Source of the DNA: a virus | Taxonomy: Duplodnaviria; Heunggongvirae; Uroviricota; Caudoviricetes | DNA: 64,000 nucleotides | Reading direction: 5' to 3' (one strand) | Virus record (IMG/VR): IMGVR_UViG_3300031999_000011 | In this document: positions 8,368-18,627 of the stretch, piece after piece | Numbering within the stretch: the stretch's first letter is position 1 | How the letters are laid out: each line of letters opens with the position of its first letter | Program-made: the position numbers and the translations under genes | Notes under the pieces: model-generated | What the model was told of the DNA's origin: nothing | Database searches by the model: none | What the model saw: only the letters and a program-made list of their open reading frames with translations

Positions 8368-8454
8368 TGTATTGCGGTGAGGGTCACTCATTTTCACAAC
8401 CAGATACTCTTAGGTTATAATTATATATTTAATATTTTTTAATTAAGCTGAAAT

Positions 8455-8670
8455 ATGAATGTTAAAAAACTGAAACAATTGTTAGAAACTGTACCAGATG
8501 ATACAGTGATTTTAATTCCAGGTAATAATCATGATTATTATGAAGTGTCAATTGGTGAATTTACAACTGCACTATATGATAAACTTGAATGGTTTGAAGA
8601 TTTCGGAAATGCAGCAACCCCTGAAGAACAATATGGTGTAAGAATACCGGTATTTGTAGTAAGCGCATAA
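8455..8670 (+). CDS. hypothetical protein
   Basis: 71-aa ORF. Confidence 0.45.
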   Translation: MNVKKLKQLLETVPDDTVILIPGNNHDYYEVSIGEFTTALYDKLEWFEDFGNAATPEEQYGVRIPVFVVSA

Positions 8671-8763
8671 TATAATAATTATTCATTTTATTGAGGTTAC
8701 CTTATATTACCATTATAAAAAAATAATAAATAATATATTAACCACAAATAAGGAAGATGTATT

Positions 8764-9327
8764 ATGCCAACATCAAATGGATTACCTAATTATACTGATT
8801 TTTTATCAGAAAATAAAGCGGGTATTAAACCACCAAATACTGTTGTAACAGATAAGTATAATGACATATTTGACCAGAATATGGTATTTTTGGTTGCTGC
8901 CGCAGCTGCTGAATTAGATAATGTTGCAACAACTGACCTCGCACCAAGATCGTTATCAGAATTTGCAGCACAAACATTATTATTAAAACAAGAAATTATT
9001 CGTAATGAAAAGCTTACATTGCTTGGTGTAGATTTTAATACACTTAAAACGGATTTTACTACACTTAAAACCGATTTCACTACATTTAAAACAGAATTTA
9101 ATATATTTAAAAATGATTTTAATATATTTAAAACAGATTTTAATTCACTTAAAGAACGAGGGGTTAATGAGAGTTTAGGTATTGTCAGTCGTGGAATTAG
9201 TGTAGGTGATATGAATAAAGATAATCGTGGTTTGATACGAATGGCATTAGATGATTCAGGTATGAAAGAAACATATCTCGCTGCACGACAAAGTGAAGTT
9301 GATACTCCAATGATTCCTAGCAGTTGA
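8764..9327 (+). CDS. repeat protein with heptad-like (F/L)KTDF(T/N)T repeats; possible fibre/adhesin component
   Basis: Seven or more consecutive 7-aa repeats encoded by a degenerate 21-bp DNA repeat. Confidence 0.55.
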   Translation: MPTSNGLPNYTDFLSENKAGIKPPNTVVTDKYNDIFDQNMVFLVAAAAAELDNVATTDLAPRSLSEFAAQTLLLKQEIIRNEKLTLLGVDFNTLKTDFTTLKTDFTTFKTEFNIFKNDFNIFKTDFNSLKERGVNESLGIVSRGISVGDMNKDNRGLIRMALDDSGMKETYLAARQSEVDTPMIPSS

Positions 9328-9578
9328 TAACTATGCCAAAAGCAGTTCGAGTTACAGATACTGATAGTGATGGAGATACCCAAATTACTGGATCCCCTGA
9401 TGTATTTACAAACAATTTAAAAAATGTTCGTGTACTTGATGTTGACAGTGATGGAGATATTCAACTAACTGGATCAGCTAATGTGTTTATTAATAATAAA
9501 AAAGCTGTTCGAGTTACAGATACAGATAGTGACGGAGATACACAAACTACTGGATCACCTAATGTGTATATAGGTTAA
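9324..9578 (+). CDS. three ~27-aa repeats with DxDxDGD calcium-binding-like loops
   Basis: AVRVTDTDSDGDTQ(I/T)TGS.NV repeated 3x (81-bp DNA repeat); start overlaps upstream stop (ATGA). Confidence 0.5.
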   Translation: MITMPKAVRVTDTDSDGDTQITGSPDVFTNNLKNVRVLDVDSDGDIQLTGSANVFINNKKAVRVTDTDSDGDTQTTGSPNVYIG

Positions 9579-9843
9579 AAATATATCATAATTGAAGATA
9601 CGTGGAGCTCAATGTCTAATTTCAACATAATGTAGGTATAGAACTAATATTTGATATCTCTAATAATATTAGTTGCATAATCATTATAAGCATGATATAA
9701 TGTACACATTAATTAAAGGTAAATAAAGTGAAAAACCCTGTTGCAAAATATAATATTAAGTATAACCGTTCTGTGATTCAAAAGGATCGTAAGAAGGATT
9801 ATTCTCGTAAAATCAAATATAAAAAATTTGAATAATATGATGT

Positions 9844-10059
9844 TTGAAAAACCTGAAAGATACTTGTACATTGGAAGAACGTAAGTCAGTATTACTACCT
9901 ATAGTTTTAAAGATTATACCGAGATTACTTGTAGTCGATATCTTAGAAGTTCAACCTATGTCATTAGCAGATGTTGATTATTCGTTTAATACTAAATATG
10001 ATAATATTCCGCGAACATATAAACAAGGTACTGTAATACATGACTTTGTGCGTGGATAG
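9844..10059 (+). CDS. hypothetical protein
   Basis: 71-aa ORF. Confidence 0.35.
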   Translation: MKNLKDTCTLEERKSVLLPIVLKIIPRLLVVDILEVQPMSLADVDYSFNTKYDNIPRTYKQGTVIHDFVRG

Positions 10060-10308
10060 ATGAGATATTATGGTACAGAATTCATTACAGAAGATTTGTG
10101 GTGGAAAATACAAATACGAGGATTATAATATGGAATTTATTACTCCCCTAATATGAAAATAATTAAACAAATAATTAAACAAATTACTAATAAGTTTAAA
10201 TATATTTGCTATTCAGTGTTAACGGTATCAACAACTGATGTTATAGTTATGTTAATTTTTTTGATATTAGTTGCTATTGATTTAATTTGGTGATGGTAAG
10301 GTATTAAA

Positions 10309-10608
10309 ATGATTATAGGTGATATTGTTACTATTATTGATCCAAAATTTAATACAATATGTGGTGAATTTAATACAGGTATAGTAATAAGTATTTCACC
10401 ATTTATGATTGTTTCAGAAAATGAATGGGGTGCTTTTATATGGATACCATTAGTAACTGATTGTGAAGTTTGTGGATATACTGATACTGAAACGTTAAAT
10501 AGGTGTATATCTTATATCCCTAAGTCAGAAGCGACTGTACTTGATGAATTAAAATCGAGTTTACAATATTATGATCAAAATGCCATGAGTCATTTATTAT
10601 CGAAATAA
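10309..10608 (+). CDS. hypothetical protein
   Basis: 99-aa ORF. Confidence 0.4.
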   Translation: MIIGDIVTIIDPKFNTICGEFNTGIVISISPFMIVSENEWGAFIWIPLVTDCEVCGYTDTETLNRCISYIPKSEATVLDELKSSLQYYDQNAMSHLLSK

Positions 10609-10620
10609 CGTGGAGACACA

Positions 10621-10854
10621 ATGATAACTGAACGCATAATACATTGTATAAGATGTAATATATACGTTGGGACAATACGGGATGCTAAGCTTAAGAAAGG
10701 GTTAGCATTTGTTTGTCCAACTTGTATCGTTGAATTTAATAATATATCAAGTAGTTCTAGTAGTTCTAGTAGTTCTAGTAGTTCTAGTAGTGTATTTAGT
10801 GATTTATTTAATGATAGTATATTTGGAGGTATTTTTGATAAGGACAAATTATAA
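10621..10854 (+). CDS. zinc-ribbon protein with poly-Ser tract
   Basis: CIRCN...CPTC then 16 consecutive Ser encoded by the (AGTAGTTCT)n repeat. Confidence 0.45.
   Translation: MITERIIHCIRCNIYVGTIRDAKLKKGLAFVCPTCIVEFNNISSSSSSSSSSSSSSSVFSDLFNDSIFGGIFDKDKL
10746..10795 (+). repeat. (AGTAGTTCT)n microsatellite inside the CDS
   Basis: Five or more perfect 9-bp units read directly. Confidence 0.8.
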
Positions 10855-11042
10855 TGAAAACAACTACTCCAAATTTACCAATAAGTGAAGTACCACCGGT
10901 GTGTGTTAATGAGTTCTTGCAAGAGTTAATACAATTATGTAAGAAGTATGAGTTTGAGCTTATCGGGCATTGTTATGGTGTTGACGGAAAAGTAAATGGT
11001 GATATTGCCATTACAAAGGCTGAATCAACAACCACACACTGA
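10854..11042 (+). CDS. hypothetical protein
   Basis: 62-aa ORF; start overlaps previous stop. Confidence 0.4.
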   Translation: MKTTTPNLPISEVPPVCVNEFLQELIQLCKKYEFELIGHCYGVDGKVNGDIAITKAESTTTH

Positions 11043-11198
11043 ATCCAATATATGAAAATTACATTTCAAGATTCAAATATTGAATTTGGTGAATTAGACA
11101 AAATTGCCGATGCATTAAAAATTTTAGACATTGAACCTATATCGTTATGGATTAACCGATCATGATTAACTTATTTACTGTATTACAAGAGCATTAAT

Positions 11199-11561
11199 AT
11201 GAGCTACTTACATCCAGATGGCAGTCCAGATACACATGAAGAAATACTTGAAAGTGCCCGATGTTTTGTAGCGGTTATTGGTAAATTGTTTCAACCAAAT
11301 GAAGGTATGGTGGTTGAGTTAGAATATCAGGCAAATTATACTAATGACAAATGGGGTAAATACATTGTCTGGAAAGATGAAAAGTCTCAACAGATTAAAA
11401 TTGATAAACTATCGACAACTGACTACATATATAACTCACCAAATGGTCAATTAGTTTGGGTACACGCTGATGTATGTGTTGCACCATGGGACGACTTACA
11501 GGTAGGTGAATATATCAATATCGCAGAGAAAGTTGGGAAGATAGTAATACAGTTGAGGTAG
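11199..11561 (+). CDS. hypothetical protein
   Basis: 120-aa ORF. Confidence 0.5.
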   Translation: MSYLHPDGSPDTHEEILESARCFVAVIGKLFQPNEGMVVELEYQANYTNDKWGKYIVWKDEKSQQIKIDKLSTTDYIYNSPNGQLVWVHADVCVAPWDDLQVGEYINIAEKVGKIVIQLR

Positions 11562-11718
11562 TACAACATCCAGACGGGTTATATATTAATTTTAAAACGG
11601 GTATCTATCCAACTCCGTTAATAGATATACCAGCAGACGCAATTTTTACTAAGGAATAAAAACATGAAAAAATACGAAATAAGAGGACAGTGCATTTTCC
11701 ATTAGTTTAATTTAACTG

Positions 11719-12279
11719 ATGGAGAGGAAAATGCTTACAGTAAAACAAAAAAATTATTACGGGAAAAAAGATGTTGTTATCGGTTATTTTACAGATATAA
11801 AACAAGTTTTTGATTATTTCAAAAATATTCATGGGATGTATGAGTTAGAAAAACACTTCTCACATGACCCATCTGAATATTATCGTAGAACCTTTGTTTA
11901 TAGCCGTGAATACAAACAATACACATCGCGTTATGTAGTATCAGCACCAGAATACTGCTACGTTATTTCAAACGATAAAGATATTCGTTATAGCCGCGAA
12001 ACAGTACTTGGTGAATTCCGTAAAATAAGAAAAGGTCGCAAATTTGGATATTATCGTTATTTTTACGGATACAAAAGACATAACCGTGGTAGTTACCACC
12101 GCAGACCTGATACATTTCAAGAACGTACGATGTCTGTAAATGTGATTGAAGAAGAAGGTGAACCCAAATGGAGACCTTCAAGAAATATGCATAATTTACC
12201 AACAACATACGATGATTTGCAACACTACGATCAACGTATTAATAACTGGAAACGATACAGAAAAACTCAGTGGAAGTAA
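11719..12279 (+). CDS. hypothetical Tyr/Arg-rich protein
   Basis: 186-aa ORF. Confidence 0.5.
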   Translation: MERKMLTVKQKNYYGKKDVVIGYFTDIKQVFDYFKNIHGMYELEKHFSHDPSEYYRRTFVYSREYKQYTSRYVVSAPEYCYVISNDKDIRYSRETVLGEFRKIRKGRKFGYYRYFYGYKRHNRGSYHRRPDTFQERTMSVNVIEEEGEPKWRPSRNMHNLPTTYDDLQHYDQRINNWKRYRKTQWK

Positions 12280-12773
12280 GAATGTATTATTATAATGTAC
12301 CGAGAGTCAATGGTGTAAGTGGTAAGGCAACTCCTCTTACTAAAGAGGAGTATGAAGTTGCAGTATATGAGCTTGTTGATGATATTAGTTCTGCTGATAC
12401 TTCATGTCCTATGGTTAATTATTATGAGGATGGATTCTTATTAAGAGTAGAAGATGAATTGCGGTTAGTAGAATTAACTGCAAATTATTATAAAGTTAGT
12501 ATTACAAGAATTTCACTCAAAGTATCAAGAGTAACAAAACAAGACTACGATGATATTGCATCGAAAATTGATGGGTTTAACATATTGGATGATGTTATTA
12601 CAGTAAATGGTGATGATCGATACGTAATTAGTTATTATTTTACCGAAACAGACGAGGGACCTCAAGTATATGTAGATGTTATTGAAGAGGGATTTTATAT
12701 TGCTATGGAAAATGAAGAACTATCCACATTCAAATGGAAACGTAATTATTCAGGCATATTAAATGACAATTGA
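12270..12773 (+). CDS. hypothetical acidic protein
   Basis: 167-aa ORF overlapping the previous stop. Confidence 0.5.
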   Translation: MEVRMYYYNVPRVNGVSGKATPLTKEEYEVAVYELVDDISSADTSCPMVNYYEDGFLLRVEDELRLVELTANYYKVSITRISLKVSRVTKQDYDDIASKIDGFNILDDVITVNGDDRYVISYYFTETDEGPQVYVDVIEEGFYIAMENEELSTFKWKRNYSGILNDN

Positions 12774-13005
12774 GGAAGAAATAATCTTTCAGGATTACAC
12801 TGAATGTGTAATTTATAAGGTCGTAGATCAAGGTGAGGACGCTGCATTAACAACAGTGTTAGATATTTGTTTGCATGAAAATATTGGGCAATCACTTCAT
12901 TGTTTATTGGAATCTGAAAAAATAACAGATGATGATATTTCAACTGGAGTTATTTGTTACACTACTAAAGAAAGCTTTGCTGAGAATTCAGTTAAATTAA
13001 ATTAG
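12763..13005 (+). CDS. hypothetical protein
   Basis: 80-aa ORF. Confidence 0.35.
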   Translation: MTIEEEIIFQDYTECVIYKVVDQGEDAALTTVLDICLHENIGQSLHCLLESEKITDDDISTGVICYTTKESFAENSVKLN

Positions 13006-13035
13006 CTAGAACAAAACGGTTAGATGAATAATATT

Positions 13036-13110
13036 GACGTGTTGGTATAGTGGTTGTTGCCCTGGTCTGCAAAACCAGTGAGAAGGGTTCAATTCCCTTA
13101 CACGTCTCCA
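13036..13110 (+). tRNA. tRNA-Cys (GCA), encoded CCA
   Basis: Acceptor GACGTGT/ACACGTC; anticodon stem CTGGT/ACCAG with loop CTGCAAA; T-arm AAGGG-TTCAATT-CCCTT; 3' T-CCA. Confidence 0.8.
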
Positions 13111-13127
13111 AACAATAAGGGATTAAT

Positions 13128-13562
13128 ATGATACATTCAAAATCGACTACACTTTGTATTAAGAAAGCAAATAATGAAGTCACTATGACTACTAGACTTT
13201 CGCAAATTACTAGTCTGTTAACAGATTATAATATTGTTTACGGTCGTAAAACTTTACGAGAAATCAATGAAATTCTTCAAGGTATACCCGATAATGGATA
13301 TTTAGATTATGAAATATTTGAATCAGTTGAACCTATGAATATGGATTTACATTATCATGATGATCTTGAAGCCCGAGTTATTACAACCGGGTTAGGTACG
13401 TTTTTGTTTCCAAGTGATGATGCTGTAATTGAATTACAAGTATCAGCTGGTGATTATATTGTTATTCCAGGTAAAATGAAACATAGTTTTAAAACCCCTG
13501 GTAATCTTGCTGCCATTCGATTGTTTACAAATTATGATGGTTATATTGCTAATTATGTATAG
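13128..13562 (+). CDS. cupin-fold protein (two-motif cupin, acireductone-dioxygenase-like)
   Basis: HYHDDLEARVITTGLG (H.H...E......G) and GDYIVIPGKMKHSF (G.....P.G..H) cupin motifs. Confidence 0.55.
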   Translation: MIHSKSTTLCIKKANNEVTMTTRLSQITSLLTDYNIVYGRKTLREINEILQGIPDNGYLDYEIFESVEPMNMDLHYHDDLEARVITTGLGTFLFPSDDAVIELQVSAGDYIVIPGKMKHSFKTPGNLAAIRLFTNYDGYIANYV

Positions 13563-13666
13563 AGTTTATTTTGAACAAATAAATTAATATGGTAAAAAAA
13601 TTACAAATTTAAGTTGATTTATTGTTATAAATATACTACAATATAATATAATAAATTGACTTAGAG

Positions 13667-14107
13667 GTGTTTATGATCACAATATATCCATATAAGCTAC
13701 CTGGTAGCTCGTATATGATGATTGATAGAACAGGGATTGAAGTTCCAGGTCTTGATGTTTGGGTGTTTGATGATGAACAGCACGGATTACATCAAGAAGC
13801 TCTTATTTCTGGTACAGATGAAGTTATTGAATTTGTAACTAAAGACATACCAGATGCTGAAAAAGGCTTTAAATTAATATTCAGTGATGAAATGTTTGAA
13901 AATTATCAATTAGTTGGATATTGGTACAAAGCAGGTTATGCTAAGGGACCTTGGGCTAGTGATATTAAAGGTAATTGGTATCTTTGGAATTTACCATTTC
14001 AAAATAATCCAAAAATATATGGTTGGTTGTGCCCAGCGTTGTTTTTATATTTTGAAACTGCTCCATCAAAATTATATATCAGAGTTGAACCTATTAAACC
14101 TAAATAA
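13667..14107 (+). CDS. hypothetical protein
   Basis: 146-aa ORF. Confidence 0.5.
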   Translation: MFMITIYPYKLPGSSYMMIDRTGIEVPGLDVWVFDDEQHGLHQEALISGTDEVIEFVTKDIPDAEKGFKLIFSDEMFENYQLVGYWYKAGYAKGPWASDIKGNWYLWNLPFQNNPKIYGWLCPALFLYFETAPSKLYIRVEPIKPK

Positions 14108-14136
14108 TTAATATAAGTCAAATATAGGGATATAAT

Positions 14137-14667
14137 ATGAAACTTGATGAATTAATTGCACAAACATTACCATTACCATATACATGGATAAACGATCATA
14201 CTGCTACATTCGAATTTAAAGGTATTACCTTTATAATAGCATTAGCACCAACAGATCCTATCAAATTTGAAAAACAGAAAGATGGGTTGCGAGGCTTACA
14301 TATTGCATTCGGGATTGCAACACGACATGATTCAGACGGAACATATGATTTAAATACTGAATTAACCGGATTACATAATGCACGATTAGTTATTGCGACA
14401 GTAACATATGCTATTATTGATAAACTTAATAGTATATCATCATTGTATGATTTTATAGCTATAGTATCTAAAAATGATGCAGCGATGTCATCAAGAACTA
14501 AAATTTATCGAGCCGCGGTTATTGACGTAACAGATCATTTAACTCGTATGGGATATCAGTATACATATCAGTTAAAAAATGAGTTAGGAGCTGGTGTTTT
14601 CTTAATCTCAAAAATAGAATTAACACAATGGCAAGCTCAATTTATTGCTAAATTTCATTGTTCTTGA
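14137..14667 (+). CDS. hypothetical protein
   Basis: 176-aa ORF. Confidence 0.5.
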   Translation: MKLDELIAQTLPLPYTWINDHTATFEFKGITFIIALAPTDPIKFEKQKDGLRGLHIAFGIATRHDSDGTYDLNTELTGLHNARLVIATVTYAIIDKLNSISSLYDFIAIVSKNDAAMSSRTKIYRAAVIDVTDHLTRMGYQYTYQLKNELGAGVFLISKIELTQWQAQFIAKFHCS

Positions 14668-14704
14668 ATAATATAAGTAAATTAAAATGGATTTAAGAAA
14701 TTAA

Positions 14705-15049
14705 ATGCGAGTTTTAAAATTTGTTCAATTAGATGACGATTTAGTACCTATATCTGAAATAATTAATGTTGATATATCACAAATAATTACTGAAACTGTT
14801 TTAGTGTTATTAAAAAACGGTAAGATATATACCATCGTTGGACATCCGGCTCTTGAGATTATTTGGAGACTTAAACCTTCAGCATTAGAGGGAAATAGAT
14901 GTATAATATGGAAAAAACATATGTGGGCAGTACATAATATAATAGCTCATCCTCTTATGCAGATATTTGCTTGGTTTGGTGCGTATGATTTAGCTATTTG
15001 TATACATGATAGTACAATTCCAAAACCTATTGGATATAAAACATATTAA
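14705..15049 (+). CDS. hypothetical protein
   Basis: 114-aa ORF. Confidence 0.45.
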   Translation: MRVLKFVQLDDDLVPISEIINVDISQIITETVLVLLKNGKIYTIVGHPALEIIWRLKPSALEGNRCIIWKKHMWAVHNIIAHPLMQIFAWFGAYDLAICIHDSTIPKPIGYKTY

Positions 15050-15055
15050 CGTATT

Positions 15056-15445
15056 ATGAATAATGTATCACTATTAGTATTAATTGCATTGTTTATACTT
15101 AAACATTTTGTTATTGATTTTTTTTTAGAAACTCCTTATCAATCTAATAATAAACATATATTAGGTCATTTAGGAGGTATATTGCATGCACAGTTACATA
15201 GTTTTACATCTTGGGTAATATTAGGATTTACATTTAACTTCTTTATACCTATAGTTGTGGTAGCTGTGGTAGCTGAATTTTTTATTCATTATTTTATTGA
15301 TTTAGTTAAAACAAATTTATGTGTATTATATAAATGGCAGTATAATACTCAAAAAGGGTTTTGGTATATGTTAGGTGCTGATCAAGCACTTCATTATTTG
15401 ACGTATATTGCGATGATATATTATATTATTACACATATTAATTAA
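15056..15445 (+). CDS. integral membrane protein (tandem paralog A, DUF3307-like His-rich TM protein)
   Basis: LKHFVIDFFLETPYQSNNKHILGHLGGILHAQLHSFTSWVILGF; 3-4 predicted TM segments. Confidence 0.55.
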   Translation: MNNVSLLVLIALFILKHFVIDFFLETPYQSNNKHILGHLGGILHAQLHSFTSWVILGFTFNFFIPIVVVAVVAEFFIHYFIDLVKTNLCVLYKWQYNTQKGFWYMLGADQALHYLTYIAMIYYIITHIN

Positions 15446-15449
15446 AATT

Positions 15450-15821
15450 GTGAACACTACATTATTGATTGTAATCGGACTTTTTACGATTAAACACTTT
15501 ATTATGGATGTTTTGTGTCAAACACCATATCAATTTCAACATAAACATATATTAGGACATCCAGGTGGAATTATCCACACATCATTACACGCATTTACGT
15601 CTTGGTTAATACTAGGATTTATATTTGGGTTTTTAACTCATGTAGTTGTAATTGCCGTTATATTTGAGTTTTTTGCTCATTATTTTATAGATTTTTTTAA
15701 AAGAAATTTCACATTAATGCATAAATTAACTCCAGCTGATTTGAACTATTGGTACGTATCAATATTTGATCAATTATTACATTATTTAACATATTTTTGT
15801 ATGATTTATTATATAATATAG
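15450..15821 (+). CDS. integral membrane protein (tandem paralog B)
   Basis: IKHFIMDVLCQTPYQFQHKHILGHPGGIIHTSLHAFTSWLILGF; about 55% identity to the previous ORF. Confidence 0.55.
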   Translation: MNTTLLIVIGLFTIKHFIMDVLCQTPYQFQHKHILGHPGGIIHTSLHAFTSWLILGFIFGFLTHVVVIAVIFEFFAHYFIDFFKRNFTLMHKLTPADLNYWYVSIFDQLLHYLTYFCMIYYII

Positions 15822-15979
15822 TGGCATTATAATTAGAAATAATGTATAATGTACTTAGAATTTAAGTTATAACAATTTTATGAATTATTTAAAAACTTTT
15901 GAATATATAATATGTTTTGAAGATAATTTAATTTAATTTAATTTAATTATATAATATTTTAAATATTTGGAGATAAATT

Positions 15980-16249
15980 ATGAATTACTATAATGTTAGT
16001 TTAGCAATTAGCGGATATGCATTTATGCGACGTATCAGTTATGAGTTGTATGATACATGTAATAAACTAATTAATGATGCACGTTCCCGTTATCGTTATA
16101 CCACAATTATATTAAATGGTATGGAATATGATGTAATATCATATGGTTATGGTTTTTACATTGCAGTAGCTGAACCAACATATAACCACCGTTTATCAAA
16201 TGTTAATCGTAGCAGTATTGAGTGCAATCATATTGTGGCCGAACAATAA
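15980..16249 (+). CDS. hypothetical protein
   Basis: 89-aa ORF. Confidence 0.4.
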   Translation: MNYYNVSLAISGYAFMRRISYELYDTCNKLINDARSRYRYTTIILNGMEYDVISYGYGFYIAVAEPTYNHRLSNVNRSSIECNHIVAEQ

Positions 16250-16276
16250 AATAATTCAATATATGATGATACGATA

Positions 16277-16510
16277 ATGTCAATTCAAGAATTTTTAGAT
16301 AGTTGTAATGATACAGTTGATATTGATAATTCATTCACTTTAAGTTGGTCCAAAGAAGGTGTCGGATTTGGTGAGTTTCGGTTTTATAAAAGTGAAGACG
16401 AGGCAATTCATATTAATAATGAATGTATGGGAAAGAATTTTATTAAAAATGTATTATGTAATATGGTTGATATTGCTATTTTAGATGATCCCTACGAAAA
16501 AATTGAATAG
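16277..16510 (+). CDS. hypothetical protein
   Basis: 77-aa ORF. Confidence 0.4.
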   Translation: MSIQEFLDSCNDTVDIDNSFTLSWSKEGVGFGEFRFYKSEDEAIHINNECMGKNFIKNVLCNMVDIAILDDPYEKIE

Positions 16511-16526
16511 GTTAAAATAATTATTA

Positions 16527-16814
16527 ATGCGAAATATAAACAATATATCTGTTAAACTTGACAAAGAATGTTATTGTCCTGTATGTAATTGTAAAATCAA
16601 TGCAGCTACAGCATTAGATGGTAGTGGTGTAGTACCTAATGCTGGAGATGTAAGTATGTGTGTCATGTGTTCTGCATATTTAAAATATTCAGATGATTTA
16701 ACTCTCCGTGAGCTAACAGTTGATGAACTGGTTGATTTACCAGATGATATATTATATGTGCTAACTAAAACACGTAGTATATTTAAAAATATAAGTGGCA
16801 ATAAAAACTGTTAA
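16527..16814 (+). CDS. small Cys-rich (zinc-binding?) protein
   Basis: CYCPVCNC...CVMC. Confidence 0.4.
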   Translation: MRNINNISVKLDKECYCPVCNCKINAATALDGSGVVPNAGDVSMCVMCSAYLKYSDDLTLRELTVDELVDLPDDILYVLTKTRSIFKNISGNKNC

Positions 16815-16911
16815 TTGATAAGTTATATAGGAGAATAATTATGATTAAATTATAAATTGTCTACCATTGATAAATACAATTTTTTTCTAATTTCGTTTAA
16901 AGTGACTTAAA

Positions 16912-17556
16912 ATGTTTATATTTGATATATCTAGCCTCATAATAGGGGCAATGTTTGGCGGTATTTGGGCATCTATATTCTCAACTATGTTTATTGCTGC
17001 GGTAATTTTATTAACCGCTACTGATGAATTTTGGTGGTCATATGGATCATTATTATTGTATACTGTAATATTAGCAATATTTACACCAGCTAATCCGTTT
17101 TTATATATTTGGCACAATCCACTAAGCTCTATCGAAATTTTTATTGGATATTTTATAATAGGTGCCGTTTTTGCTTTATTAAAGTACTGGTCTTTTATAC
17201 AAAGGGTTGTACAGAAAATAAAAGATTTTAAGAAACAATTTATTATTGATAATAAACTTGAAATATCTACAATTGATGAAATACCAGAAGAGTATAAAAA
17301 ATTATGGAATAGTTATAAATCACAGAAGTTATCAAGTTCAGAATTACATAAAATTAATAATGGTTTACGTCCGAGTAATAACTCAGCACTTATTATGAAT
17401 TGGATTGCATGGTGGCCATTTGTGGCTGTAGGGTTATTTGTTGCAGATCCATTAAGAAAGTTGGTTAAAGCAATATACGAACATCTAGTTTCCACCTTTG
17501 GGAAAATGTATGAACATATTGTTACAAAAAACATCAATATGACAGACTTAAAATAA
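16912..17556 (+). CDS. integral membrane protein
   Basis: Five or more hydrophobic segments in the N-terminal 170 aa. Confidence 0.55.
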   Translation: MFIFDISSLIIGAMFGGIWASIFSTMFIAAVILLTATDEFWWSYGSLLLYTVILAIFTPANPFLYIWHNPLSSIEIFIGYFIIGAVFALLKYWSFIQRVVQKIKDFKKQFIIDNKLEISTIDEIPEEYKKLWNSYKSQKLSSSELHKINNGLRPSNNSALIMNWIAWWPFVAVGLFVADPLRKLVKAIYEHLVSTFGKMYEHIVTKNINMTDLK

Positions 17557-17573
17557 CATATGAGGAAGATTTA

Positions 17574-17744
17574 ATGTTAGAAGATATAGTGTTAGATATA
17601 TGTGGTGCACTTGGGTTAATTGTATGTGGTGTAATTGGTATTGGTGTGTTTGCAGCATGTATTGCATTCCCGTGGATCCTAGGTATTGTAGGTGCAATAT
17701 CAATTAATGCAGTGATAGAAAACGATGAATCATTAGTACTTTAA
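17574..17744 (+). CDS. small membrane protein (56 aa)
   Basis: SD GAGGAAG upstream; two hydrophobic helices with GxxxG-like spacing. Confidence 0.35.
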   Translation: MLEDIVLDICGALGLIVCGVIGIGVFAACIAFPWILGIVGAISINAVIENDESLVL

Positions 17745-17768
17745 TACTTAAGTTTATACGAATAAGTA

Positions 17769-17978
17769 ATGCAAAACGAATCAATTGATTATCCAGTAGC
17801 TTCAGCAAATAAACCATATCGAGTGACAGCATATCATTATACCCGTAATAATAACCGTAGTTTTATCGTTGGAGATTATCGCTGGTATTGGCAAGCTAAT
17901 TTAGTATCTTGGTGGTGGCATCAACTAGGATGGGGTTGTAACACATGGAAAAAATACAACAACATTTCTGAAGCTTAA
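17769..17978 (+). CDS. hypothetical Trp-rich protein
   Basis: 69-aa ORF. Confidence 0.35.
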   Translation: MQNESIDYPVASANKPYRVTAYHYTRNNNRSFIVGDYRWYWQANLVSWWWHQLGWGCNTWKKYNNISEA

Positions 17979-18082
17979 GATCTATTATTGATCAAATAAT
18001 AGGTCATCAAATTGCTGAAGAAATTTGGGGTGGCTCAATTACTCGTAAACCACGTATATTACCAACTATTAAGGTAACAAAA

Positions 18083-18478
18083 ATGGAACAATATTTGATA
18101 GATGATTATGGAGTTATTGAAAGTGAACAATATCTTCAACGAGTTGAAGATATAGAGCCTTATTTTGAAAATTGTAGTGAGGGTATGTTTGATTGTGGTC
18201 GAGGATATTATCAAGATGAAATTTACCGTTTTGTAAAAATTGGTGATAAGTTTTATAATGTACGCATTACAGCAGTAATATATAATCACAAGCAAGATCG
18301 TGGTGCTGAATTATACTATGTAAATTCAATTGCTGATGTTACATATAACGAAATTGATAAACCATTACCGATTCTAAAAAAATTGATTAATTTGGAGGTA
18401 GCAATATCTGATTCACGATTAGCAGAATTGAAAGAGTGGTTAGATACACACGGTGTAGAATATAGTAATTTTGCATAA
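18083..18478 (+). CDS. hypothetical protein
   Basis: 131-aa ORF. Confidence 0.5.
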   Translation: MEQYLIDDYGVIESEQYLQRVEDIEPYFENCSEGMFDCGRGYYQDEIYRFVKIGDKFYNVRITAVIYNHKQDRGAELYYVNSIADVTYNEIDKPLPILKKLINLEVAISDSRLAELKEWLDTHGVEYSNFA

Positions 18479-18627
18479 GATTTAATTTGATTTTTACTTA
18501 AAATGGATATATAATATCTTTATGTTGTTAAACAGGAGGAGTTATATGGATATAACATAGATTTAACTAAAATACATTTTGTCTTTTAGTTAAATTACAT
18601 GTGTCGAATTTGTATAAATAAAGAATT

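Noticed and set aside
10746-10795. Possible CRISPR-like repeat
   Set aside because: It is a 9-bp microsatellite with no spacers, lying inside a coding region. No CRISPR array is present in the window.
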